Sequence record: NC_047815.1
Reading direction: 5' to 3' (one strand)
DNA: 64,000 bases
In this document: in pieces, positions 9,871 through 18,165 of the stretch
Layout: each line of letters begins with the position of its first letter
Numbering within the stretch: position 1 is the first letter of the stretch
Notes under the pieces: model-generated
What the model was told of the DNA's origin: nothing
The model's input: only the letters and a program-made list of their open reading frames with translations
The model's database searches: none
Made by a program: the position numbers and the translations under genes

Positions 9871-10422
9871 ATGTCTCGTAAACTAATTGAAGAATGTTGT
9901 GACTATATGGACGAAAAGATTACGCTGCATCACGAAACAAAACTAGAGTCTTGGTTGCAGGCAGCAGACGTTGCCTACACGATGGGATCTCAACATGTTT
10001 CAGGTGATGTTGCCAAGATACTAGCTTTTATCTTACTGGCAGAAAAGAAAAACATCCTTGATGAATTCTGGACTGACTACCGTGAAGCCAATCCTGCTGT
10101 TGTTGCGTTTGAAAAGCGTTTCAACACAGAGATCTATCCAGACTTTGCACTGCCTCCGTGCTTAATCGCTTACATCTGTGAGACTACTGACCGCTTCGGT
10201 TCGATGTTTATGCTGGGAACGTTCTTGCATCTACGCCGTGCTCGTACAATGTCAGACCTGCTGCGCCTGCTGCCTAACGGTATTCCAGCCGAAGACGCTT
10301 TAGGCATGTTGTGGTCGTTACAGAAACACAGTGGTCCAGAAACTGACAGTGAGATTAATCTGATCGATCAGATAAATTCTGTAAATAGTCTATACAAAAA
10401 GCTGCATAAGGAAACTTCCTAA
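9871..10422 (+). CDS. hypothetical protein
   Basis: AGGAG RBS, 183 aa. Confidence 0.7.
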   Translation: MSRKLIEECCDYMDEKITLHHETKLESWLQAADVAYTMGSQHVSGDVAKILAFILLAEKKNILDEFWTDYREANPAVVAFEKRFNTEIYPDFALPPCLIAYICETTDRFGSMFMLGTFLHLRRARTMSDLLRLLPNGIPAEDALGMLWSLQKHSGPETDSEINLIDQINSVNSLYKKLHKETS

Positions 10423-11006
10423 TGGATCTTTCTGCGTTAGGTATCAAACATAAACAGCACCGCGTTATCCCTGTAACTGACAGCAACATCATCAAAGACT
10501 TTCTTGATGGTAAGATTCAAGTTATCGGTGTCGAGTGTAACACGCGCGGTGTTTACGGCAGCCCAATTCAAAAGCGACTCGGTGGCATCTTTCCTGAAAT
10601 GATACCGCATGTTAGCGGCGAAGGCTGTGCAAACAAGATTGGCACAACAGTGCTGTGGCGCATCAACAGCAAGCAACACACTGTGCGTCAGTTTGTAGCG
10701 AACATGTTTTTAACAACGGGTTATGGATTGGGTCGCAGTGGTCCGAATCGCAGCGACAAACCTGTTAACCGTTTCTCAGCGCGTCATCTGGAACAAGCGT
10801 TTGACGATCTGATTAGCAAGTGCAGACAAAACAACGTGCAGCTTGACCGTACTATTGGTATGCAGCGCGTGTTTGGTGGACTTGGCGGTGTTTCTTGGCA
10901 AGAGGTATTGACTGTGCTTGACGCCCTGTGCGAACGCCACCAGATCAGTATCTATGTTTACTTGCCAAAGAACTATGATACAACCTATGTGCGAGGTGCA
11001 CAGTAA
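10422..11006 (+). CDS. macrodomain (Poa1/DarG-like ADP-ribose hydrolase fold) protein
   Basis: VECNTRGVYGS (cf. xCNxxGxMGxG), FVANMF, IGMQRVFGGLGGVSWQEV (cf. PRIGCGLGGLxWxxV). Confidence 0.75.
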   Translation: MDLSALGIKHKQHRVIPVTDSNIIKDFLDGKIQVIGVECNTRGVYGSPIQKRLGGIFPEMIPHVSGEGCANKIGTTVLWRINSKQHTVRQFVANMFLTTGYGLGRSGPNRSDKPVNRFSARHLEQAFDDLISKCRQNNVQLDRTIGMQRVFGGLGGVSWQEVLTVLDALCERHQISIYVYLPKNYDTTYVRGAQ

Positions 11007-11021
11007 ACTAAGGTTCTGCGC

Positions 11022-11354
11022 ATGAATACAATACGCGGATTTGATTGGGTCTTTTACGGAGACGGTACTGACAGCGGGCAACACAGCATTGAACGCATCA
11101 CAGTAGAGGATGCAGAGCGATCTGTCTGGGTCGAGCTTGACCTTGATTGTCAACAGGCAGTAATACAAGCTATTCAGGAAAACTCCGTAATTTACGCACA
11201 AGCAGCAGAAGGGTTATACAAAATAACTTATCGCTGTTCCTTTAAGTATCTGGATTCGTCCAGCTTTCCTCCTACACAGAAACGCTTTCGCCTTGATTTG
11301 GTCAAGACAGAGTTTCTTGTGGGTGTAACAACACACGACAAGATTATTAATTAG
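11022..11354 (+). CDS. hypothetical protein
   Basis: ORF in operon context. Confidence 0.65.
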   Translation: MNTIRGFDWVFYGDGTDSGQHSIERITVEDAERSVWVELDLDCQQAVIQAIQENSVIYAQAAEGLYKITYRCSFKYLDSSSFPPTQKRFRLDLVKTEFLVGVTTHDKIIN

Positions 11355-11365
11355 GACTATTAATT

Positions 11366-12079
11366 ATGATCACTACCCAGCAAGTTGAGAAACGTCTGGG
11401 GCAGGTGAATTTCACACAGTTCAACCGCCCAACCGAAACAGAAATTAAAGCTATAAATCTCGAAGGCCGAAGTCGCATCTTGAAAAATGCTGAACACGAT
11501 GGTCTTTGCGAACGAAGTGATAAATACTTTGAATTCTGCTGGATGACCGTTGGTCGGTTCTGTAGTCAGAGCTACAACGCTGTTGAAATCGCGTATCTTG
11601 TAGGCATGCAACCTATCAATGTTGCCGCTGCTATACAACAATACGGGCACGATTGGACTTATCGCCTGTTCACGTTGAAACGATTTGTTGGGGTTGATCG
11701 TGGTCGTCATACCATTATGCAATCAACTAACTGGTTCTGGTCTCCTGCTGAGATCGCGCATCGTGTTAATGACGTTATCTGCAACACGCGTCAGGCAAAA
11801 CTGTTGCATAAAATTCGCAACAACCGTATTGAGGAAATCAAAACAGTTCTCAATGCAGCACCTTACGCTATCTTGAGTCTGATCGATCAAAAGCGTGTGC
11901 CAGTATTTCGTGATTGTCGCTGGAAACAAGAGGCGAATCGTCCGAAAGGAAATGCTATGACGGTAAAGCGTCGAATTGATCACGAACTTGCGGTGTGTAG
12001 CGCACCTCGTGACGTAACGCTACCACGTCCTACTGTTTTCACTCGCCGTGACGGCAGCAGCTACCAATACAATAGTTAA
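11366..12079 (+). CDS. hypothetical protein, possible HTH
   Basis: AGGA RBS; NAVEIAYLVGMQPINVAAAI resembles a helix-turn-helix. Confidence 0.6.
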   Translation: MITTQQVEKRLGQVNFTQFNRPTETEIKAINLEGRSRILKNAEHDGLCERSDKYFEFCWMTVGRFCSQSYNAVEIAYLVGMQPINVAAAIQQYGHDWTYRLFTLKRFVGVDRGRHTIMQSTNWFWSPAEIAHRVNDVICNTRQAKLLHKIRNNRIEEIKTVLNAAPYAILSLIDQKRVPVFRDCRWKQEANRPKGNAMTVKRRIDHELAVCSAPRDVTLPRPTVFTRRDGSSYQYNS

Positions 12080-12084
12080 AAATT

Positions 12085-12092
12085 CTGTAAAT
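12085..12092 (+). promoter_or_regulatory. putative phage promoter CTGTAAAT upstream of cmoA-like gene
   Basis: Recurrent + strand motif, intergenic here. Confidence 0.6.
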
Positions 12093-12157
12093 TAATTCTG
12101 AATATGGTAATTAAGAGAGGTCAAAACTAATGGCCTCTCTTTTATAGGACAGAAACC

Positions 12158-12931
12158 ATGAACGTAGATAAAACAATGCCACAAGGCAAATGGGAGTTTG
12201 ATGAACCCGTAGCCGCTGTGTTCGACAGCATGTTGCAAAACAGTATTCCTTCTTATGATCGTATGCGTGACCTGACATATCGTATCGGTCGCAAGTTCGT
12301 GCAGCCTGGAACAACCATCGTTGACTTAGGCGCATCGCTGGGTCGTGCCATTGAACCGTTTGCCGAAGAGTTCGGTGCGTATCTCGCGTCACCGCATCAC
12401 GTTAATGGCGAAGTCAGTGACATTATCGAAACAGGCAACTACTATGATCTGTACGAAGTCAGTGATCCGATGCGCAGCCGTCTCGTTCAAAACGAAGTGT
12501 TGCAATCCGTACGCGCTGAACTCCGTGATGAAAGCCTTGTAGATGTGCAAGACTTTGCTCGTAATAACGGTGCTGGTTGTAGCCTGATTCTCAGCGTGTT
12601 GACTCTCCAGTTCACTCCGCTTGAGCATCGCCAGCGCATCCTTGATCGTATCAGCAACAGTCTCAACGCTGGTGGTGCTTTCATTCTTGTTGAGAAAGTA
12701 TTGGGTGATTCGCACGCGCTTGATGACATGATGGTCGATGTGTACTACAGCATGAAAGGCGATAACGGTTATACCAAAGAAGCCATTGCCGCCAAGCGCA
12801 AGTCATTAGAAGGTGTATTGGTTCCGATGAAAGCAAGTTGGAACGAAGAACTGTTGCGTCAAGCAGGCTTCCGTCATGTTGATTGCTTCTATCGTGACTT
12901 GAACTTCGCTGGTTGGATTGCAGTTAAATAA
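12158..12931 (+). CDS. cmoA: carboxy-S-adenosyl-L-methionine synthase (CmoA-like)
   Basis: End-to-end match to the CmoA pattern: WEFDEPVAAVFDSMLQNSIPSY, VQPGTTIVDLGASLG, LTLQF, GGAFILVEK, KGDNGY...KRKSLEGVL, LRQAGF, LNFAGWIAVK. Confidence 0.85.
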   Translation: MNVDKTMPQGKWEFDEPVAAVFDSMLQNSIPSYDRMRDLTYRIGRKFVQPGTTIVDLGASLGRAIEPFAEEFGAYLASPHHVNGEVSDIIETGNYYDLYEVSDPMRSRLVQNEVLQSVRAELRDESLVDVQDFARNNGAGCSLILSVLTLQFTPLEHRQRILDRISNSLNAGGAFILVEKVLGDSHALDDMMVDVYYSMKGDNGYTKEAIAAKRKSLEGVLVPMKASWNEELLRQAGFRHVDCFYRDLNFAGWIAVK

Positions 12932-12940
12932 GGAGCGGTT

Positions 12941-13816
12941 ATGAGTACCACAGCCGCAATGCGCGAGAAGATTCGTGCTGGTGTAATCGAAAGTCACAAC
13001 AAGCCTGTTGATATGCGACAGGCTTTGATGGACACGCTTGCTTGGATTCCTAAAGACGACCAAGTGACTGTGTTTATGTCTGGTGGCATTGATAGTCATG
13101 CATGTTTATTTGCTGCTATTGATCTCGGACTGAAAGTTAACGTGCTTTCTTTTACGCTTGATACGCATGAATCAGCAGACTTTAAATCAGCACGTCACGC
13201 AGCAGAAGTGTTTGACCTCAAGTTTATCCCTATCGTGTTGCCTACCAACGAGCAACATTTAAAAAGCTGGGTTAAGTTTGCAGTCCACAAGTTGGGTCTA
13301 TCAAACAAAAGTGAAATCGAATGTAGCTGGCCGTTGTATTCAGCTATCCGTGCGCTTGAGCAGATGGGTGAGACCAAGCATATCGTGTTAGGTCTTGGTG
13401 GTGACAGCTACTTCCTCATGGCCAAGAGCGCATCAATGCACTGCAAAGACCTTGTGCTTGAGCAGCGACGCAAAGCTACTCGCCGTGTACTTAGTCAGAA
13501 CACACTGGTAAAGCGTGAGGCATTCGCACGAGGCATCTACGCACACCTGCCCTACTACGAGCTTGGTCGTGTGTATGCTGAATTGCAGATGGAAACAGAC
13601 TTCAAGAAGATCAACAGTCCTCAGAAGTCTTTCTACAATCAAGCATTTCCTGAATACCGCAAGCGTTGTAAAGTACGTGGTCATCAGAACTTCCAGCTGG
13701 GCGACACCAACATCAGCGGTATCTTTAGCGAAGTGTTGTTGAAGTCTGATTGGAACACAAGAAATTTAAAGGCCATTACAGGCATTTATAATGATGTAGC
13801 CGCTGGAATTATTTAA
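12941..13816 (+). CDS. asparagine-synthetase-like ATP-dependent amide ligase lacking the glutaminase domain
   Basis: PP-loop FMSGGIDS, LSFTL, D...ARHAAEVFDL, VLGLGGDSYF (cf. SGEGADELF), HLPY, NFQLG; only 291 aa. Confidence 0.75.
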   Translation: MSTTAAMREKIRAGVIESHNKPVDMRQALMDTLAWIPKDDQVTVFMSGGIDSHACLFAAIDLGLKVNVLSFTLDTHESADFKSARHAAEVFDLKFIPIVLPTNEQHLKSWVKFAVHKLGLSNKSEIECSWPLYSAIRALEQMGETKHIVLGLGGDSYFLMAKSASMHCKDLVLEQRRKATRRVLSQNTLVKREAFARGIYAHLPYYELGRVYAELQMETDFKKINSPQKSFYNQAFPEYRKRCKVRGHQNFQLGDTNISGIFSEVLLKSDWNTRNLKAITGIYNDVAAGII

Positions 13817-13834
13817 TTTCCGCCTACACGAAAA

Positions 13835-13842
13835 CTGTAAAT
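13835..13842 (+). promoter_or_regulatory. putative phage promoter CTGTAAAT upstream of the DPA-repeat peptide gene
   Basis: AAAACTGTAAATA, intergenic. Confidence 0.6.
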
Positions 13843-13912
13843 ACTAATTTGAGAAAGCATATTATTTGTAGACTCAAGTACATACCATCAATCCTATAAC
13901 AGGAGTTATACC

Positions 13913-14047
13913 ATGCGTAATCGTTTTGATCCAGCAGCTAAAGCAGACCCAGCAATCGTTGACCCAGCTGATCCAGCAATGTTTGATCCAGCAGACCCTG
14001 CTGATCCAGCGATGATCGACCCAGCTGATCCAGCAGCTCGCTTCTAA
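13913..14047 (+). CDS. 44-aa Asp-Pro-Ala repeat peptide (absent from the ORF track)
   Basis: MRNRFDPAAKADPAIVDPADPAMFDPADPADPAMIDPADPAARF; AGGAG RBS at 13901; synonymous codon variation between repeat units; own promoter-like motif and terminator. Confidence 0.85.
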   Translation: MRNRFDPAAKADPAIVDPADPAMFDPADPADPAMIDPADPAARF

Positions 14048-14059
14048 GCAAAAACCCAG

Positions 14060-14085
14060 AGGGTGGCCAATCGGCTGCCCTTTTT
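14060..14085 (+). terminator. intrinsic terminator
   Basis: AGGGTGGCC-AATC-GGCTGCCCT followed by TTTT. Confidence 0.75.
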
Positions 14086-14103
14086 CTTGTCAGAGGTTAT
14101 GTC

Positions 14104-14745
14104 ATGACTACACAACTCGTTAACAACATCCCACTAATCCATACCCAACGTTGCCACAATGTCAGCAGCGTAGACCACACACCGTTATTTGTCTATCACA
14201 ACTTCTTTTCTGACGACATGTGTGCCGCACTGATAGCAGAAGCACAGCAGTACCTCGAACCAAGCCGTGTAGGCGGTCCAAACAATACAACTAAAATCGA
14301 CCGTTCGGTACGCAGTTCCAGCACAGCTATGTTAAGCGAAGTGAGCACAGCGCCTTGTGTGCTTGAAGCAATCAAACTGATCGACCTTGCTTATGGTCAT
14401 CCTCATCTGAACAGCAACCCACTCCAGTTCAATCAATATCAAACCGGTGAAGAATTCAAAGCGCATCATGATTGGCATAATCCTGAAACGCAGCAAGCAC
14501 GTATTGAACTCGAAGGTCAACGTACCTGGACTTTCTTGATGTATCTCAACGAGGACTTCGATGGCGGCACGACAGTGTTCCCTCATCTGGACATTGAAAT
14601 CATGCCTCAACGTGGTATGCTTGTTGCGTGGAACAATCTGAATGCAGATGGTAGTGTTAACATCGCAACAGAACACGCATCCCAGCCGGTAGTACGTGGT
14701 ACAAAGTACATGATGACCAAGTGGTTTAAAAACAAAGTTTTATAA
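14104..14745 (+). CDS. 2OG-Fe(II) oxygenase, prolyl-4-hydroxylase-like
   Basis: RSSSTA, LQFNQYQTGEEFKAHHD (HxD), RTWTFLMYLNEDFDGGTTVFP, distal H in TEHASQPV, TKYMMTKW. Confidence 0.9.
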   Translation: MTTQLVNNIPLIHTQRCHNVSSVDHTPLFVYHNFFSDDMCAALIAEAQQYLEPSRVGGPNNTTKIDRSVRSSSTAMLSEVSTAPCVLEAIKLIDLAYGHPHLNSNPLQFNQYQTGEEFKAHHDWHNPETQQARIELEGQRTWTFLMYLNEDFDGGTTVFPHLDIEIMPQRGMLVAWNNLNADGSVNIATEHASQPVVRGTKYMMTKWFKNKVL

Positions 14746-14750
14746 TACAT

Positions 14751-14772
14751 GTGGGTGGCTTAGGCTGCCCAC
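14751..14772 (+). terminator. hairpin / probable terminator
   Basis: GTGGGTGGC-TTAG-GCTGCCCAC just after the oxygenase stop. Confidence 0.6.
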
Positions 14773-14794
14773 GGTTGTGTCTGTGTCAAGAAAA

Positions 14795-14802
14795 CTGTAA
14801 AT
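14795..14802 (+). promoter_or_regulatory. putative phage promoter CTGTAAAT
   Basis: AAAACTGTAAATA, intergenic after a hairpin. Confidence 0.6.
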
Positions 14803-14828
14803 AAATAGAAACACACTAGGACAATCTC

Positions 14829-15071
14829 ATGCTATTCTTAGCCTGCCTTTTCTACGCGCTGTTTGGCCTGCTGTTTGTAGCAGGTATGCTGGTAACTTTA
14901 GGTGGCTACTTTATTAAACATGGCTATCACAACTTACTCAAATATGAATTACCCGACGACTTTGAGGAAGTAATCACAAAGCGTTGGTCAGCAATGGTTA
15001 CTGTGCTTGGTGTTTTATGTTTGGTGTGCCACTTGCTGTACACCATCTTCTGGTACTTAGGCACTCATTAG
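14829..15071 (+). CDS. small two-TM membrane protein
   Basis: Two hydrophobic segments; AGGA RBS. Confidence 0.7.
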   Translation: MLFLACLFYALFGLLFVAGMLVTLGGYFIKHGYHNLLKYELPDDFEEVITKRWSAMVTVLGVLCLVCHLLYTIFWYLGTH

Positions 15072-15080
15072 AGGACACGC

Positions 15081-15344
15081 ATGATTAACAAGTTTAGATT
15101 AAAACAAATTCCGACCATTGAGGCTTGTCAGTGGAACGGAGAGAATCGTCAAGAGATTGAGGAATTCATCGGCACAAGCGGCCATGTTCAAGGCAGATAT
15201 GTTATGCTCGGCGCCTTAGATCGATACGGCAAACCTACTATCCAAAACATCAGCGTAGGCAACTATGTTGTTCGAACAGATAGTGGCAAGTTGTGTGGTA
15301 TGGTCAGCACTGAGCTTTTCGAACTGTATGTTCTGGAGGATTGA
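15081..15344 (+). CDS. conserved phage hypothetical protein
   Basis: IEACQWNGEN...GNYVVR...ELFE pattern, which I recall as common in phages. Confidence 0.7.
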   Translation: MINKFRLKQIPTIEACQWNGENRQEIEEFIGTSGHVQGRYVMLGALDRYGKPTIQNISVGNYVVRTDSGKLCGMVSTELFELYVLED

Positions 15345-15596
15345 ATGACAGAGAAAACCGTTACGACCAAATGGGTGCCCGTGATTGATATTAAAATCTC
15401 GGGGGATGAAGGTCCTGCTATGAACGCATTGTATGTTCAGATTCATCAGGCGCTTGAAGATGCTGGTGTGTTTGTCGAACACGCTAAGCCTGAACTGTGG
15501 GAAGAAATTCAGGCAACAGGCGAACAGCATCTTGCTTTGGGCGTTCTGGATGAAATCAGCCCGCACGTTATTCTCAGCCAATCGGTAACACGCTGA
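15345..15596 (+). CDS. hypothetical protein
   Basis: GGAGG RBS, operon context. Confidence 0.65.
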   Translation: MTEKTVTTKWVPVIDIKISGDEGPAMNALYVQIHQALEDAGVFVEHAKPELWEEIQATGEQHLALGVLDEISPHVILSQSVTR

Positions 15597-16018
15597 TGCC
15601 TACAGTTAAAGTTAGCAAAGACCAGTGCCCAGGATTTATTGATGGCAGCATTGCATATTGGGAACGCAGCGAAGACCCATTCCACAAGAAGGCTTATCCG
15701 AAACAGATTCGTCATCTTGCTCCTATACAGGAAGGTCGTCGTCGCGCGGGTTGGATGGCAATCGATGGTCATGAGAATCCAGTTGGCTTTGTTGCAGACG
15801 GTCAGGAAGTTGAAGCAGACAGCACGGAATGGATTACTTACATCGGTCCCTTCGATCGGCCTGTCTGTGTACCGCTTGCCCAACACAGTATCAAGACCAT
15901 TGAACAGCACTGCAAGATGCGCACAGAGCGTCAGCGCAAGAACCTCAAGACGGTTGAACGCACTACTGGTATCGTCGAACAGGCTAAAGCAGTAGTACGC
16001 CGTATAATCTGTAAATAG
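15596..16018 (+). CDS. hypothetical protein
   Basis: Start overlaps upstream stop codon. Confidence 0.65.
   Translation: MPTVKVSKDQCPGFIDGSIAYWERSEDPFHKKAYPKQIRHLAPIQEGRRRAGWMAIDGHENPVGFVADGQEVEADSTEWITYIGPFDRPVCVPLAQHSIKTIEQHCKMRTERQRKNLKTVERTTGIVEQAKAVVRRIICK
16009..16016 (+). promoter_or_regulatory. putative phage promoter CTGTAAAT
   Basis: Overlaps the upstream stop codon, about 30 nt before the next start. Confidence 0.55.
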
Positions 16019-16047
16019 CTAGTACATTCAACAACAAGGTAATTGAA

Positions 16048-16506
16048 ATGAGTCCGTTTTCAATACTACAACGTCAGGTTGTCCGAGCCTTAACCGGAGA
16101 AGCCAACCTTGAACCAGAAGAACGTGCGTTGTTTGACTGGCGATTCGTAGTAGACGTTGGTGGCAAGTTTTATACAGTCGGTAAAACTGGTGCAAACACT
16201 GTGTATTACATGACACCAGAAATGACTGAGCCAGTACCGTGCTATCCAGACCAGATAGCTGAAATCATTACAGGTTGGGCCAAGCCTAAATATATCAGTT
16301 ATATGATTTGCCACAAACGTTTCGATAACGTCAAGCTGGACAATATCAAAACTGAACAGGAAGCCTTGCGTAAGGTGCCTAAGACGTTTCATGACAAGAC
16401 GTTTATTGTTGGTATCACGTCGAAAGGCAAGCGCCACAAGCTGTATCGTCTGCAAGCTGGACTTAACGGTAATGCCTGGGTACCAGTCAGCGAAGAATCA
16501 GAATAG
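16048..16506 (+). CDS. hypothetical protein
   Basis: 152 aa, flanked by promoter-like motif and terminator. Confidence 0.7.
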   Translation: MSPFSILQRQVVRALTGEANLEPEERALFDWRFVVDVGGKFYTVGKTGANTVYYMTPEMTEPVPCYPDQIAEIITGWAKPKYISYMICHKRFDNVKLDNIKTEQEALRKVPKTFHDKTFIVGITSKGKRHKLYRLQAGLNGNAWVPVSEESE

Positions 16507-16512
16507 TGCTAT

Positions 16513-16535
16513 AGGGTGCCTCAGGGTGCCCTTTT
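16513..16535 (+). terminator. intrinsic terminator
   Basis: AGGGTGCC-TCAG-GGTGCCCT followed by TTT. Confidence 0.7.
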
Positions 16536-16553
16536 CTGATCTTGTGCAGAAAT

Positions 16554-16561
16554 CTGTAAAT
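16554..16561 (+). promoter_or_regulatory. putative phage promoter CTGTAAAT upstream of dam
   Basis: AAATCTGTAAATA, intergenic. Confidence 0.6.
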
Positions 16562-16589
16562 ATGATAAAAGCAACAAAAGAGAAAGCAG

Positions 16590-17429
16590 ATGCCTATTCT
16601 AGTTAGCCCCGTCCGCTATCAGGGCTCGAAGCGAAGTCTTATGTCTCAGATTAAAAGTTTGGCGCCAGCAGACTGCCCGCGCATGATTGATGCTTTTGGT
16701 GGTTCAGCAACGGTTGTGTGTAACATGAATCAGCCACATCGTATCTATTGCGAAAGCCACCAGCATGTATACAACATCATCAAGGTGTTGTGTGACGTTG
16801 AGCCTTCTCAGACAATGGCAAAGATTCGCCGGCTTGTACGACAATGGTGTTTGACCAACAGCAATCCCGATCAATACTTTGCCTTTCGTGCGCACGCCAA
16901 TCAGCGACGTGATCCGCTTATGTACTACATCTTGCATCGTCATGCACACAGCAACCTGATTCGCTTCAATCAAAGTGGTGAGTTCAATACACCGTTCGGC
17001 AATCGTGGTCTGATTGGCAGATGGGAAGAGCTTGAGCGTGAGATCTACCAGTTCTATTATGCGATGCAAGGCGTGCGCCTTGTGAACATGCGCTATGGTG
17101 ACTTGCTCAACAAAGTAAAGCCGAGCCTGAACCAGAACACGTTCATCTACTTTGACCCGCCCTATCTTGCATCAGGCGCTAACGCCTATGACGGTTGGTC
17201 AGTTGAGCTTGAACTCAAGTTACTGCGTAACCTCGAACACCTGACCAGTATGGGTGTACGCTGGATGTTGAGTAACGTTGTGCGTCACAGACACTTTGAA
17301 AACAAGTTGCTTGAGCAGTGGCTGCGCAAGAACAAGATTCGTGTTGTCTATCCTCAAAAGAGCTATGCGTTTGCTAATGCCCAACAGGACAGCCACAGCA
17401 CCATAGAAATCATCGCGATGAACTATTGA
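16590..17429 (+). CDS. dam: DNA adenine methyltransferase (D12/Dam class)
   Basis: SPVRYQGSKRSL, DAFGGSATV, RFNQSGEFNTPFG, FIYFDPPY, WMLSN; target sequence not determinable from sequence alone. Confidence 0.85.
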   Translation: MPILVSPVRYQGSKRSLMSQIKSLAPADCPRMIDAFGGSATVVCNMNQPHRIYCESHQHVYNIIKVLCDVEPSQTMAKIRRLVRQWCLTNSNPDQYFAFRAHANQRRDPLMYYILHRHAHSNLIRFNQSGEFNTPFGNRGLIGRWEELEREIYQFYYAMQGVRLVNMRYGDLLNKVKPSLNQNTFIYFDPPYLASGANAYDGWSVELELKLLRNLEHLTSMGVRWMLSNVVRHRHFENKLLEQWLRKNKIRVVYPQKSYAFANAQQDSHSTIEIIAMNY

Positions 17430-17436
17430 GGCGTGT

Positions 17437-17805
17437 ATGCTATACCGAGACGATAAGTATTCAGGCGAGTTAAAAGATCATCCTGTTGTGTTGTTGCTGT
17501 CCTTCAAGATAGGTGGTCCGTCACCGCACCGAGTAAGTGGTCGTGACCTTTATCGCTATATGGGTGTTTGCAAAAACTATAGCGGCTGGATAAACGACCG
17601 CATCAAAGTTCTCGGTCTGATTGAAAACACTGACTACAACATCGAATGGTTCAAGAGCGATCTCAATGGACACTCTATAGAACACATGCTAACGCAATTT
17701 GCAGCGATTGAGATAGTAATGAGCGGCAGAGGTGAGTTGTCGAGGTTGGTACGACGCAGTGCTGTCCGACGTGACGGTACGATACGTTTTAAAGAAAACG
17801 ACTAA
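17437..17805 (+). CDS. AntA/AntB antirepressor-like DNA-binding protein
   Basis: VSGRDLYRYMGVCKNYSGWINDRIKVLGLIENTDY...EHMLTQFAAIEI. Confidence 0.7.
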   Translation: MLYRDDKYSGELKDHPVVLLLSFKIGGPSPHRVSGRDLYRYMGVCKNYSGWINDRIKVLGLIENTDYNIEWFKSDLNGHSIEHMLTQFAAIEIVMSGRGELSRLVRRSAVRRDGTIRFKEND

Positions 17806-17817
17806 GGCGCAATATGA

Positions 17818-18165
17818 ATGCTGCCTGTAAGCAACTCGGAGAATCACAAAGTGTCAAATTCCAGAGAACTTAGATACCAGCTTGGTCATCTGCTGGAGAA
17901 GTTTGAACGCGACATTCATACAGAAATAAGGCGGCACGGTCCCAATCCTTATGGAGATTGGGGAAAGCTGGCAGATTTGACTGTAGAAAGCTATCGCAAA
18001 GTTACATTGAGTCGTGTACGTAGTTCGTACCGCATGCTGTGCAATATGTGCGGACTAGAACGCGGTTATTATGCGTTTCGCAAATTTCTATACACCAATC
18101 AAACTCTGAAACAAATTGATCAATTACTCAAGGAGCACTACAGTGGACAACACGATCCAACCTGA
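17818..18165 (+). CDS. hypothetical protein
   Basis: ORF in operon context. Confidence 0.6.
   Translation: MLPVSNSENHKVSNSRELRYQLGHLLEKFERDIHTEIRRHGPNPYGDWGKLADLTVESYRKVTLSRVRSSYRMLCNMCGLERGYYAFRKFLYTNQTLKQIDQLLKEHYSGQHDPT

Noticed and set aside
12158-12931. cmoA as a host tRNA cmo5U auxiliary gene
   Set aside because: No cmoB or tRNA genes are in the window, while an Arg-substituted C5 transferase and an amide ligase are present. DNA modification is the more economical reading, though untested.
13913-14047. GA(T/C)CC(A/T)GC repeats as a mini-CRISPR array, iterons or a VNTR
   Set aside because: The units are 9 nt, in frame, with synonymous variation and no unique 25-40 nt spacers; a coding repeat explains them best.
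14104-14745. 2OG oxygenase as a TET/JBP 5mC dioxygenase
   Set aside because: Motif spacing and context (YxxGxxFxxHxD, TxLxYLN, GGxTxF, KY...KW) are P4H-like. A nucleic-acid substrate is not excluded, but the TET family call is unsupported.
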